Sequence record: PQ400055.1
Source of the DNA: a phage
DNA: 64,000 bases
Strand: one strand, 5' to 3'
Shown here: positions 1 through 10,638 of the stretch, piece after piece
Layout of the letters: every line of letters starts with the position of its first letter
How positions within the stretch are numbered: the first letter of the stretch is position 1
Program-made: the position numbers and the translations under genes
The notes under the pieces: model-generated
Told to the model about the DNA's origin: nothing
What the model saw: only the letters and a program-made list of their open reading frames with translations
Databases searched by the model: none

Positions 1-21
1 ATTATAACAGGAGACCCAATA

Positions 22-3000
22 ATGGCAGATTTTTCTCAACATTTCAAGGCCACATTTGGCTTTGACGCTGGTAATGAAAAGGTCGTCAATGTAGCATACG
101 CAGATAAAAACACATCAACGGATGCGGTCAACGTTGAATTTTTCAATTACCATAATGGCATTACTCAGTATGACACAACTCGCGGTTATGATCAATACGG
201 AACTACAATCTATCAAAACCGTCCGTATTATGCAAAAGAAGATATCACAAAGCCAGCAGGTGATTTTGACCCGACTAAATGGCAAGCACTGCGCACGGAC
301 CCACGTTGGGATTATATTGCAGCAACTTCCGGTGATACTCCTTTACAGTCTGGTGATTATATCGCAGCAGATGGTCAATTTGCAAACTTGACTTTCTCTA
401 TGCCAACTAAGCCAGCAGAGGGAGACACTATAACAGTAAAAGATATCGGTGGCAAGTGTGGTGTTAACGAATTATCGTTCTTGAGTACAGGACATGAGTT
501 TTACCATAACGGTAATGTGTATAACCGAAAATGGTATTGCACTACCCCGTATGCAATGAACTATTTCATCTTTGTTCGTAATCGTTGGCATGTTTATCAG
601 ACAGGAACAGAGCCACGCGGTGTGTACGCACAGCCAGCGATTGATGCTATTCAAATGCAGAATGGTGACCAGGTATTTCGTCGTAGTTCGTTGGGTAATA
701 TTACCTTAGTGCTTCCTAAGTTTGCCAACAATGGCGACATGATCCAGACTACAGACCTTGACGGATTAACCGCAACCAACCACGTTACGGTTAAAGTTCA
801 TGAGCACGCAGAAGAACAATCAATTGGCACGTCCGGTCTAAAAGAGATTATCGGTAAGCGTAGCGGTCATGGTGTATTCATCTTTGACAAGACGGAAAAC
901 TTATGGCGTTTGTGGGATGGTGATCAGTCTGTTCGTCTTAAACCGATCATCGATGACACTCGCTTGCAACCTAATAGCTATGTTGCTGTATTTGGTGATC
1001 GTGATGTTACTCTGACGCTGCCGACCAATGTCGAGCCGGGTGATCGTATTCAAGTTTCTATGCAGTATATGAACGGAAACCAGAATTGCCGTATTATCAC
1101 CGCCACAGAGGATACAAAAATCCTTATGCAGAAAAACATGGTTCAGTTTCCTAAGCGTAGCGAGTACCCATTCAATGGGACCGATACATGGACGGGAGTA
1201 TCTGAATTGTCTTTCAACGCTGCAAATGATTATGTACCTTATCTGGAGTTCTCTTATTCAGAAGGTGATGATGGTAAGAAATACTGGTTGGTGGCACATG
1301 CTCACCCGATTGTAGAACGAGTAGATCCGACTCGTAAAGATCGTGTTGGTGTAATTGCACTGGCTACCCAAACTGAAACGAATAAAAACCATGAAGAGAA
1401 TCCTAGCGACGAAGTTGCAGTAACACCAAAAATGCTGGCTAATAAAACCGCCAACGAAACTCGACGCGGTATTGCTCGCATTGCGACTCAAGCGGAAACG
1501 CATCAAGATACTGGTTCCAACTTCCTGGATGATGTTATCGTTACGCCTAAAAAGTTAAATGACTGTGTTGCTACCGAAGCCCGTCGTGGTGTGATGGAAA
1601 TTGCAACCCAGCACGAAACCAATGAAGGTTTAGACGATACCCGCGCTATTACTCCTAAGAAATTAGAAGAACGTCGCGCTTCCGAAGATCTCGCTGGTAT
1701 TGCTGAAATTGTTCAGGCTGGCGGCAGTGCTGCCGCTCGACGTGGCGAAGCTGGTACAGGGATCTATAACATCAATGACCATGCTAAAATTGTTACGCCA
1801 AAAAACATCAACGAAGTCAAGGCGACCGAAACTTCCCGTGGTGTTGGCTATCTGGCAACTGACGCGGAAGTGCAAGGGGCTACAGAATCAACCCCGCAAG
1901 ATGCTTTACTAATCACGACTCGCACGCTAACGAAACGTACTGCTACCGAATCGCGCACTGGTATCGCTGAAATTGCAACTCAGGAAGAAACAAACTTAGG
2001 TCAAAGTGATAACCATATCATCACGCCTAAAAAGTTGCATACTCGCCGCGCAACGGAAACTTTACACGGTTTAGCAGAAATTGCAACTCAACCGGAGTTT
2101 GACGCAGGTCGTGACGATTCTCGCATTTCTACCCCATTGAAGATTAAAACCTTCTTTGAGAATGCACAGCGTTTGAAAGTAGATCCGACTCAGGGGCTTA
2201 ACCTTACTGGTGATTTGTGGCAAGGTATCATGATCAGCGGTCTGGATGCAACCGAAGACACAAAAGGTGTCGCTAAAGTTGCGACTACTCAGCTTACTGA
2301 CGCTGGTCAAGATGATACTACAATCATCACGCCTAAAAAGCTGCAAGGCAAGAAGGCCACCGAAGGTAAAGAAGGCATTATCCGAGTTGGTACTCAAGCC
2401 GAAACCGTGGCTGGTATTATGGACAATGTAGCAATTTCTCCGAAGAACTTCAAATATGTTGTTCAGACAGAGGATACATGGAAAGCAACCGAAGCGCGTC
2501 GTGGATTCTTGAAAGTTGCTACTCAGGAAAACTGTTTTGTTGGTGATAATCTGCAAGGTTCTACTCAAGAACTAGGAAACTACCAGCATGACGGAATTGC
2601 TGTTACCCCTAAAGGATTAAACTACGCACTTGCTAATTTCTTACCTAAGATGGCAACCGCTCAGAATAGTTTGAAATTGGGTAACGTAGAGGCCTCTAAA
2701 TGGGCGCGTAGAGACATTGATCAGACCATAGAGAGCAATTACACGTTTAATAAAAACGTTAACGTGAAGGGCGATTTAGAGTGCTTAAAATCAGGTTCCT
2801 TTGAAACTCTGTCTGTGACTAAGAACTCGACCGATGTTCCGAGTAATGGTCATCTGGTGTTGGGTGATCGTGGAGTTGACGGTCACACCGGAATTACTCT
2901 GCATGGCACAACCGCATCGGAAGGAATGAAAAACTCTTGGTCTATTATCGTTGGTGGTACTGGAACAGCGCAAGTTGTTGATAGTGATGCTATCTCTTTC

Positions 3001-3762
3001 GGTAAAATCAATGATGGTGGAGTCGTTGAGCATTACGCCTTTGCTATGAAACACAATGGCGACGCGACAGCATATAGAGACTTTATTGCAGGTCGTAACC
3101 TGTATGCGAAACAAGGCGGTTTATACATTGTTGACCAGTCTAATCCGGCAATGACTCGTTCCCCAGATGGTACGCTGAATATCGGTCACGGTGGAAGTGT
3201 TAACATCAAGGCAGGGCATCAAACGTTAACTACAGAGATCGCCGGACAGAAGTATCAGATCGTACACGCAGGAAACGCCGACGAAGTTCTTAACCGTCAG
3301 TTTGTTAAGAATGCTGGCGATACAATGGTCGGTAAGCTGACTATGGATAATGCGCCTATTGTTTCTGTTAAGCATGAAGCTAGCGCGGCAACCGCTCCGG
3401 CAATCGGTAACATCGGTTTCTGGAATATGCGAGTTACTACCCAGAACATCAAAGAAACTTATCCAGAGAAGAAAAACGGTACTCTGATGCAATGGGGTAC
3501 TGACGCGGACGGGCTTACCCAGCTTTGGTCCCCTGATGGTACTCATAAACATTATATCCGTTCCGGTACTGGTGGTCAATGGACCGCATGGGGTGAAATT
3601 TACACCAAACAGAACAAGCCTACCGCTCAGGAAATTGGGGCAGTGGTTGCCGAAGGTGGTTTGATGAACTCTATGACGGTTCGTGATTGGATCAAAGTTG
3701 GTAATGTTAAAATCATCGCCAATAATCTGACTCGTACCGTAGACTTTATCTGGGAAGACTAA
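22..3762 (+). CDS. 34: long tail fiber proximal subunit (gp34)
   Basis: 1246 aa ORF (T4 gp34 1289 aa); first of four colinear tail-fibre genes; internal array of ~32-aa repeats (ITPKKL..ATE..RG.AEIATQ.ET); RBS aggag before ATG. Confidence 0.88.
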   Translation: MADFSQHFKATFGFDAGNEKVVNVAYADKNTSTDAVNVEFFNYHNGITQYDTTRGYDQYGTTIYQNRPYYAKEDITKPAGDFDPTKWQALRTDPRWDYIAATSGDTPLQSGDYIAADGQFANLTFSMPTKPAEGDTITVKDIGGKCGVNELSFLSTGHEFYHNGNVYNRKWYCTTPYAMNYFIFVRNRWHVYQTGTEPRGVYAQPAIDAIQMQNGDQVFRRSSLGNITLVLPKFANNGDMIQTTDLDGLTATNHVTVKVHEHAEEQSIGTSGLKEIIGKRSGHGVFIFDKTENLWRLWDGDQSVRLKPIIDDTRLQPNSYVAVFGDRDVTLTLPTNVEPGDRIQVSMQYMNGNQNCRIITATEDTKILMQKNMVQFPKRSEYPFNGTDTWTGVSELSFNAANDYVPYLEFSYSEGDDGKKYWLVAHAHPIVERVDPTRKDRVGVIALATQTETNKNHEENPSDEVAVTPKMLANKTANETRRGIARIATQAETHQDTGSNFLDDVIVTPKKLNDCVATEARRGVMEIATQHETNEGLDDTRAITPKKLEERRASEDLAGIAEIVQAGGSAAARRGEAGTGIYNINDHAKIVTPKNINEVKATETSRGVGYLATDAEVQGATESTPQDALLITTRTLTKRTATESRTGIAEIATQEETNLGQSDNHIITPKKLHTRRATETLHGLAEIATQPEFDAGRDDSRISTPLKIKTFFENAQRLKVDPTQGLNLTGDLWQGIMISGLDATEDTKGVAKVATTQLTDAGQDDTTIITPKKLQGKKATEGKEGIIRVGTQAETVAGIMDNVAISPKNFKYVVQTEDTWKATEARRGFLKVATQENCFVGDNLQGSTQELGNYQHDGIAVTPKGLNYALANFLPKMATAQNSLKLGNVEASKWARRDIDQTIESNYTFNKNVNVKGDLECLKSGSFETLSVTKNSTDVPSNGHLVLGDRGVDGHTGITLHGTTASEGMKNSWSIIVGGTGTAQVVDSDAISFGKINDGGVVEHYAFAMKHNGDATAYRDFIAGRNLYAKQGGLYIVDQSNPAMTRSPDGTLNIGHGGSVNIKAGHQTLTTEIAGQKYQIVHAGNADEVLNRQFVKNAGDTMVGKLTMDNAPIVSVKHEASAATAPAIGNIGFWNMRVTTQNIKETYPEKKNGTLMQWGTDADGLTQLWSPDGTHKHYIRSGTGGQWTAWGEIYTKQNKPTAQEIGAVVAEGGLMNSMTVRDWIKVGNVKIIANNLTRTVDFIWED

Positions 3763-3766
3763 TTAA

Positions 3767-3784
3767 AGGGGGCGAAAGCCCCCT
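3767..3784 (+). other. GC-rich stem-loop between genes 34 and 35 (no T-tract)
   Basis: gggggc-gaaa-gccccc, followed by the gp35 RBS. Confidence 0.4.
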
Positions 3785-3795
3785 ATGGGGTTATT

Positions 3796-4935
3796 ATGAC
3801 ACAAGATATAGAATTACGCAATACTGGAATTAGGTTTGCGCATTTCGACGAAGACTCTGCGACATTTACCAGCATTTCAGAAAATAACTCTGTGATGTAT
3901 AAGCTGGAAGTGCGCGGATCTAATGCGGATTCTACCAAACCAGCAAGGATTAGATTTAATGGAGTGGAGATCGTTGGCACTGGCTATGAAAATGGCCTAA
4001 ATTTTAAAGTTCTTACTCCAACTGGACAACTACACGAAGAAAAGGTATTCTATGGTCGCGGTGCTGTTTTGGCAATGCGTGATTATCTTTCTTTGCTGAA
4101 AGGTGACTATATCATTGCGATGGCAACGCATGGAGAATTGTTTGCAGATCCGATCAGTGATGGTGTATTCTCTAAGCTGGGATCTGTATCATTCCCGAAT
4201 CACATTTTGCTACAGCAAATGCCTCGTGTATCATATGCAGCAATTTATTCTACTAAAATGGGTAAAATTGTGTGCGAAGGGATGCAAGCAACTCACGGGG
4301 AAGGACAAGATTCATCTATACAAATTGAGAAAGTCTATGATACTATAGATGATCTTGCTATAACAGGAACACCACAACGATTTTTAGATTATCCGGTTGA
4401 GTATGTTAGCGAAGATGCCGAACATTTCGAGCTAATACAATGGCCTCATGATGAGACCAGCGCCCCACTTGAGGATTTTAACATAAAGGCAGGTGACAAA
4501 CTATCAATATCCTTTGAATTGTTCCGTGATAGTGCCGCAGCCGCAGCCAACGTAACAGCGCGTTTCTATCACAACTACTTCACCGATGGACAATATCAAA
4601 CTGGTGTTCGATACAATGCCAGCAAAAAAGACCAATGGGAAAAGTTTGAAGCCGTCTATACCGTACCGGAAGGAGTTGATAGTGTAGTAACTGGTTGTAT
4701 CAGATATCCAACCAACTCCAATGAAGGTATTGTTAAAATTAGAAACATACTAATAACGCCGATCAGTGGAGTCGTCAAAACTACTGGTCCTACTTCATTT
4801 GGTGTTAATGGTGTTAGAACAACTCATATTCAGGATAACGGTGATTTTACTAACCCTGTAATGAGTCTTCTTAAACTACCCAGAGATAATAAACACATCA
4901 CATCCAACAACTTTAAAGAGTTCGATGTTGATTAA
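3796..4935 (+). CDS. 35: long tail fiber hinge connector (gp35)
   Basis: 379 aa (T4 gp35 372 aa); position between gp34 and gp36; sequence not compared directly. Confidence 0.7.
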   Translation: MTQDIELRNTGIRFAHFDEDSATFTSISENNSVMYKLEVRGSNADSTKPARIRFNGVEIVGTGYENGLNFKVLTPTGQLHEEKVFYGRGAVLAMRDYLSLLKGDYIIAMATHGELFADPISDGVFSKLGSVSFPNHILLQQMPRVSYAAIYSTKMGKIVCEGMQATHGEGQDSSIQIEKVYDTIDDLAITGTPQRFLDYPVEYVSEDAEHFELIQWPHDETSAPLEDFNIKAGDKLSISFELFRDSAAAAANVTARFYHNYFTDGQYQTGVRYNASKKDQWEKFEAVYTVPEGVDSVVTGCIRYPTNSNEGIVKIRNILITPISGVVKTTGPTSFGVNGVRTTHIQDNGDFTNPVMSLLKLPRDNKHITSNNFKEFDVD

Positions 4936-4945
4936 CATTTTTAAC

Positions 4946-4977
4946 AAGCCGATCCATGTGGTCGGCTTTATTTTTAT
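4946..4977 (+). terminator. rho-independent terminator after gene 35
   Basis: aagccga-tccatgtgg-tcggctt followed by tttattttt. Confidence 0.7.
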
Positions 4978-5096
4978 ACAGTTGGTTAAATTGTAACCAA
5001 AACGAAGAAAGATCTTTAGAATAATAGAAAATTTGTTTCGGTTAAAAAATAGCCAGTGCCTACGGCACGTCGCGAAGCGATATTTTGTTAACATTC

Positions 5097-5104
5097 TATA
5101 AATA
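5097..5104 (+). promoter_or_regulatory. T4-type late promoter (TATAAATA) upstream of gene 36
   Basis: Exact tataaata ~35 nt upstream of the gene 36 ATG. Confidence 0.6.
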
Positions 5105-5137
5105 CTCGGAACTATAACTAATTTTTGAGGTTACTTT

Positions 5138-6628
5138 ATGGCAGATTTGAAATATGGATCTACTGTAGGTGGATCTCCCATTTGGACGCAAGGAAACTTG
5201 ACGATCCAGCCAGCGGGGGATCAGCTTTTCTACAAAGGTCATAAAATCTATACCGCTTTTGATAGACCTTCGGCTACCGATTTTGATGCTGTTAGTGCAT
5301 CCGAAGGTGGCACATTTCAAAAGCAAGTTCATTTCGAGGAAGGTTTAAGCGTAGGTAGCGCATCGGCTGGAGAAACCAAAAAGAATGGTATCTTTAAAGG
5401 TCAGAGCGACGCTGCTAATTTTGACGGCGTAAGCTGGGGTTTGCATTCATGGAAGTCAATCGGCTTTGTTAATGCCCGTGATGGCGTTATTATGGCGTAT
5501 ATTGACACCACAACGGGCGAATTTAAGTCTAAAGGGACTATCGAAGGGACAACCATTAAAGACACAGGTCAACGTGTCTATAGCCCTGTTAATAAACCAA
5601 CGAATAATGATTTGGATTTAGTTTCCCGTCGCGGTGATACTCTCTCAGGAACGTATAATTTAAACACTGTCACTGTTAAACTATCGGTTGATTCGAAATT
5701 AATTGCAAGGGAACGTGATTTAATTAATTTTGATGCGACTAAGATCTATTATGGTAACGTTCTTGATACGTTGGTCTTCCGAAGTAAAGATGAGCCTACC
5801 ATTTTTGTTAATGGCAGAGAAGGTCGTTTTTATCACACCAACAATAAACCAACTAAAGCCGATGTTGGGCTAGGCAATGTCACCAATGATGCACAGGTTA
5901 AACGTGCTGGTGATATTATGGAAGGTAACTTGCAAGCGCCTAGAATGTTGGCGACAAACGATCCCGCTGGTCCTAATGAATTGGTTCGTTTGAGCTACTT
6001 TGAGCGAAAATCAATGGTAGCAAATCCAACCATCATTGGAAACGTTGATTGGAACACTCTTATTAATCGCGGTATCTATCGTGTGGAAAATGCTGGGTCA
6101 GGTACTAATAAACCGTCTGATAGCTATTATAACGGCGTTTTGATGGTATATCGACCAGAAGATGCGGTCGGTACTCGTCGAATTGTTCAGGTGTATTATC
6201 CTGAATCTATTGACCATCCGATGTGCTGGCGTTCGTGTTCTAATGAATCATGGACTGCATGGAACTATGTAGATCACCGTAAATTAGCCGATATTCGCTA
6301 TGTTAACGTAACTGGCGATACCATGACAGGACCGTTAACTGTTCCGGCTGCAAATGGCGTTAGAACAGCTAAAACTAACTATAACGGGGATAACTGTTAT
6401 GCGGCGTTAAGCGGTGCTGATGGTACTGCTATGATTCACCGCATTAGTGATATTAAAGGGACCGAAAAGCTGGGGATCACCCACGACTCAAAGGTCGTGT
6501 TTTTCCGTTCTCGAAACAATACTCAAACCGTGGACCGCTATCAGCTTTATCATGAAGGTAATAAACCTACTCCGGCTGATGTTGGAGCGGTTCCACTTAA
6601 TGCGGTGATTGATTTTGGTACTTTCTAA
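5138..6628 (+). CDS. 36: long tail fiber distal connector (gp36), extended relative to T4
   Basis: N-terminus MADLKYGSTVGGSPIWTQGNL matches T4 gp36 MADLKVGSTTGGSVIWHQGNF; 496 aa vs 221 aa in T4; late promoter TATAAATA upstream. Confidence 0.82.
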   Translation: MADLKYGSTVGGSPIWTQGNLTIQPAGDQLFYKGHKIYTAFDRPSATDFDAVSASEGGTFQKQVHFEEGLSVGSASAGETKKNGIFKGQSDAANFDGVSWGLHSWKSIGFVNARDGVIMAYIDTTTGEFKSKGTIEGTTIKDTGQRVYSPVNKPTNNDLDLVSRRGDTLSGTYNLNTVTVKLSVDSKLIARERDLINFDATKIYYGNVLDTLVFRSKDEPTIFVNGREGRFYHTNNKPTKADVGLGNVTNDAQVKRAGDIMEGNLQAPRMLATNDPAGPNELVRLSYFERKSMVANPTIIGNVDWNTLINRGIYRVENAGSGTNKPSDSYYNGVLMVYRPEDAVGTRRIVQVYYPESIDHPMCWRSCSNESWTAWNYVDHRKLADIRYVNVTGDTMTGPLTVPAANGVRTAKTNYNGDNCYAALSGADGTAMIHRISDIKGTEKLGITHDSKVVFFRSRNNTQTVDRYQLYHEGNKPTPADVGAVPLNAVIDFGTF

Positions 6629-6632
6629 TTTT

Positions 6633-6657
6633 AGCGGGGATTATCTCCCCGCTTTTC
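6633..6657 (+). terminator. rho-independent terminator after gene 36
   Basis: agcgggga-ttatc-tccccgct followed by tttt. Confidence 0.65.
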
Positions 6658-6698
6658 TAAATAATATTATTCTAATAACCGTTTAAGGATTTTATAAA

Positions 6699-9629
6699 AT
6701 GGCAGATTTAAGCAGAATCCAATTTAAACGCACTAGCACTAAAGGTCGTAAACCGGATGCTAGTACGATGAATCCGGGGGAATTGGCAATCAACCTTGCG
6801 GATCAATATCTTCTTACTAAAAATGATTCCGGTGATATTATCAATTTAAGTTGTCCTCCGGTGTATGACCGCGATGTTACAATGGCGGGTAAGGTTAAAG
6901 GTAATAATTATATCTTAAGTAAAACCGCTAACTATCTGGAAGATCAGACAGCGAGAGATCTTAACTACTTTGGTGCTTTCCGTACCAATGGTCTTGATGG
7001 TCTTCTCGAACTCACGCTAAACGTTCCTCACTCTTCCGGTGTCCAATATGGTCGAGGATTTACTTTCCAGTATGGACATACTGGATCACGAGTAGAAACC
7101 TATGGCTATAATAGAGAAGGTCAAAAAGCATTTAGCTATAAAATGTATCACGAAGGTGATAAACCAACTCCAGGAGAATTGAACGTCTATAGCAAACAAG
7201 AAGTTGACCGTATGTTTGTTAAGAACGTTAAACTTGCTACATCTCCTCGTGATATCGTTGAAGGCTATTTTAAATTAGCAACTGCAATGATTCCACAAAA
7301 CGGTCTTAGCGTATTTTTCCGTATTCATGGCGGTAACGGATATAACGTTACTGCATACGATCAAGTTGATATTGTAGAAATTGTTATTCGCAGTGGAAAT
7401 GGTCGCCCTAAAGGTGTTAACGTTATTGCATATCGCCGAAATACAAACAAATCATTTGATGTTTTGGCTGTTAATACTTCTGGTGATAACTATGATATCT
7501 ATGTGAAATATCAGCGTTACACTGATAACGTTATTGTTGAATTTGGTAAAAGTGTTGGTGTTAATCTGGTAGTTCATGACGTTCCAGATTTTGTTGCTGA
7601 ACGTCCTGCTGGTGATAATGTTATTGGCGGTCGTGCTGTAACTCTTTTCAACACCGAAAATAAACGTGGTGTGTTAAGTTTTGATGATAACACACAAAAC
7701 AGCTATGACATTGTTCATCTAAGTAATGATAAAGGTACTGGACGGAAATATATTCGTAAATTCCGTAGCAATTATAACGAAATGGTTTGGCATGAAACCG
7801 TTCAGGGTGCTGTATATCGTCTTGCTACTGGTGCTACAGATTCTACAGAAGTTATTAGAATTGATTCTAATAGTGCAATACCGGGTAATTATAAAGGATA
7901 TGTAATTACTGGTAAAATGGAATTGCACGGTGGTGGTAATGCGATGACTTTACATCGACAGACTGGTCAAGCTGCATATATGGCGTGGTGGGATCGTCGT
8001 GATGGTAAAAACCAACGTAGTGGTTATATCGGTCATGCGGATGGTACTAGTGATGGTTTTGTGTGGCGTAATGATGTTGGTGCTAACTCATTTGATTTGG
8101 AAGGTAGTGGACAAGTAAATTTGACTACAGGAAAAACAAAAATTGTATATACCAATGGTCAATATTATTCCGCTAACGCTGATGCATTCCGTATGATTTA
8201 CGGTAAGTATGGTGCATTCTGGCGAAATGATGGTGGTAAAGTTTATCTGTTGTCTACTGCCGAAAATGATAGATTTGGTGGTTGGAATACATATCGACCT
8301 TTTATCTACGATCTTACTTCCGGTAACGTTCAATTAGGTGGTGATGGAAACGAAGATGTATTAACTCTAGAACGCGCAAGCAAGGCCGCTCGATTCTCTG
8401 GCAACGCTTACATCAAAGGTCAACATTTAACATTTGATGCTGGTGCTGGACAATCCCGCGATTACTTCCGGTTTAACCATTGGGGCGATAGTAATAACGC
8501 TCGCGATAACATCCTACAGATTGAAGACAGTCAGGGTGCACACTTTACCACTGAACGCGCTATGGGTACTGGCAATATCACAGCACGTTTTAAAGGCTTT
8601 GTGCGTGTAGAATCCGGTGAGATTGCCTTTGATGCTAATCGTGGATCTGCGTCTCAATTTACCTTACATACATGGGGTAACGAGCAACGCAAACAGGTTT
8701 TTGAATGTAAGGATGCTACTAGTTATCATTGGTATACCGAACGTACAAACGGTGGAACTGGTCCTATCCTGTTCTCTGTTGCTGGTACATTAAAAACTGC
8801 GAGCAATATACAGGTTGGCGGTGCTGATATTGAGTTTCGTCGCAGTGGTAATAAGCATTTATGGTTTAGAGATCCGAACGGTTTAGAATTAGGTTTGATG
8901 TACTGCGATGATGCTGGTGTTATCCGCTTCCGTGGTCAGAAACAAGGTCAAACTTGGAAACTTGCTGATAAAATGATTCATCTTGAGGCGGGGACTGTCG
9001 GCGGGTCTGATAAAGGTTTGATTCGTGGTAATGTTGCTGGTGGTAGCTGGGCTAGCTGGCGTGATCGTTCTGCCGGAATCCTCGTAGACTGTCCGAACTC
9101 AACCGATTCCGCTCATAACATCTGGAAAGCGACTCATTGGGGAAAATATCATATTGCGGCAATGGGTGTGCATGTTCCTAGGGGTACTATTACCAATGCT
9201 TTAGCTCGCCTAAACGTTCACGACGCCAACTTTGACTTTAACGCTGCGGGTGATTTTAGCGCAGGTCGTAACGGTAGCTTTAACGATGTTTATATTCGTT
9301 CTGATACTCGCCTTAAAATCAATAAGGAAGAGTATAAGGAGAATGCCACCGATAAAGTTAATCGCTTGACGGTATACACCTATGACAAGGTTAAATCTTT
9401 AACCGACCGTACTGTCATTGCTCATGAAGTTGGTATTATTGCTCAGGATCTTGAAAAAGAATTGCCGGAAGCCGTAACAACTTCTAAGATCGGCGATCCA
9501 GATAATCCAGAAGAGATCTTAACAATTTCTAACTCCGCTATCAACGCTCTTTTAATTAAGGCGTTTCAGGAAATGAGCGAAGAATTGAAAGCCGTTAAAG
9601 CTGAACTAGCGGAACTTAAAAAGAATTAA
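6699..9629 (+). CDS. 37: long tail fiber distal subunit (gp37) with C-terminal intramolecular chaperone-like domain
   Basis: N-terminus [29 protein letters not shown] matches T4 gp37 [29 protein letters not shown]; C-terminal ~110 aa ([14 protein letters not shown]...AELKKN) resembles peptidase S74 auto-cleaving chaperone. Confidence 0.88.
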   Translation: [976 protein letters not shown]

Positions 9630-9669
9630 GGAAACTCCCAGGGAAGGGAACTACTAAGGAGAAACGGCT

Positions 9670-9909
9670 ATGGTCTATAATATCGTCATTGGTGCTTTGT
9701 CTAATTTCGGAATGAAATTATTGTCAAAGTTAATTAGTGAAAAGATGCTCACTAAAATTTTCTTCTATTGCGCTCGTCGTCTTGCGGCCTATACCAATAC
9801 GCCAATTGATGATCGTTTCGTGGAAGAACTTTATAAGGAGTTTAATAAAGATCAGTCAGAAGATAGTAACGAGCAAGATAAACCTAGTGATAGTCAAGTA
9901 CCTAAATAA
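9670..9909 (+). CDS. hypothetical small protein with hydrophobic N-terminus, in the position of T4 gene 38
   Basis: 79 aa ORF with strong RBS aaggag 8 nt upstream; hydrophobic N-terminus, acidic C-terminus; no recognisable gp38 similarity. Confidence 0.5.
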   Translation: MVYNIVIGALSNFGMKLLSKLISEKMLTKIFFYCARRLAAYTNTPIDDRFVEELYKEFNKDQSEDSNEQDKPSDSQVPK

Positions 9910-9942
9910 GAGTACACTGTCATAGTTATCTTAGGGCATTAT

Positions 9943-10599
9943 ATGCAAGTTTCTGAAAAAGGGAAAGACTTTGCTATCTCAAATGTCCTGCGCGCTATTT
10001 TCACAACTAAAAGCACGGAGTTGCTCGTACTTCGTGTTTTTGCTGCCGTCGTGTTGTCCATATTAGCATTTGTCGTTTATAGTAAAAACGAGTTATTTGC
10101 GCTTTATAAAGAGACTCGTTATGAGACTTATGCTCACATTCTCCAGGTAGAGAAAGACCGCAATTTTGATAATGCAGCACAGGAGCAGTTACAGATAGTT
10201 CATGTGTCGGCTGATGCCGATTTTTCTGCTGTTTTTAGTTTTCGTCCGAAAAACCTAAACTATTTTGTTGATTTGGTGGCATATGAAGGAAAGCTACCGC
10301 ATACAATCGATGAAAAAAATTTAGGCGGATTCCCTATCAATAAAACGAGTGAAGAATATCGTAGGCATCTTTTAGGTAAATCATATTTTACCGATAAAGA
10401 TTTCCAGTATATTCCATCAAGAGAAAAGAAATTAGAGAATATCGATATAGGTTTCATGTATTCTTGTCCTATATTCAATCTCGATAATGTCTATTCTGGT
10501 AGTATCGCCATTTCATGGAAGAATAAACCGGATATTGACATTGAGAATTTAGATACTCTTTGCAATCAATCTGCCAGAATCCTCGGAAGGATTAGATAA
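9943..10599 (+). CDS. t: holin
   Basis: 218 aa, same length as T4 holin t; motifs YKETRYETYAHILQVEKDR, QLQIVHVSADADFSAVFSFRPKNLNYFVDLVAYEGKLP and MYSCPIFNLDNVYSG match T4 t. Confidence 0.92.
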   Translation: MQVSEKGKDFAISNVLRAIFTTKSTELLVLRVFAAVVLSILAFVVYSKNELFALYKETRYETYAHILQVEKDRNFDNAAQEQLQIVHVSADADFSAVFSFRPKNLNYFVDLVAYEGKLPHTIDEKNLGGFPINKTSEEYRRHLLGKSYFTDKDFQYIPSREKKLENIDIGFMYSCPIFNLDNVYSGSIAISWKNKPDIDIENLDTLCNQSARILGRIR

Positions 10600-10604
10600 C
10601 TTAA

Positions 10605-10638
10605 AGGGGAAGCCTTTCGGCCTCCCCTTCTTTTTTAT
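10605..10638 (+). terminator. terminator after holin t, at the convergence with minus-strand genes
   Basis: aggggaagcc-tttc-ggcctcccct followed by tcttttttatt. Confidence 0.75.

Noticed and set aside
122-3579. Short ORFs in alternate frames or antisense inside gp34 (e.g. 2071..2568, 2791..3114, 3226..3579)
   Set aside because: Fully nested in the strongly supported tail-fibre gene; no independent signals.
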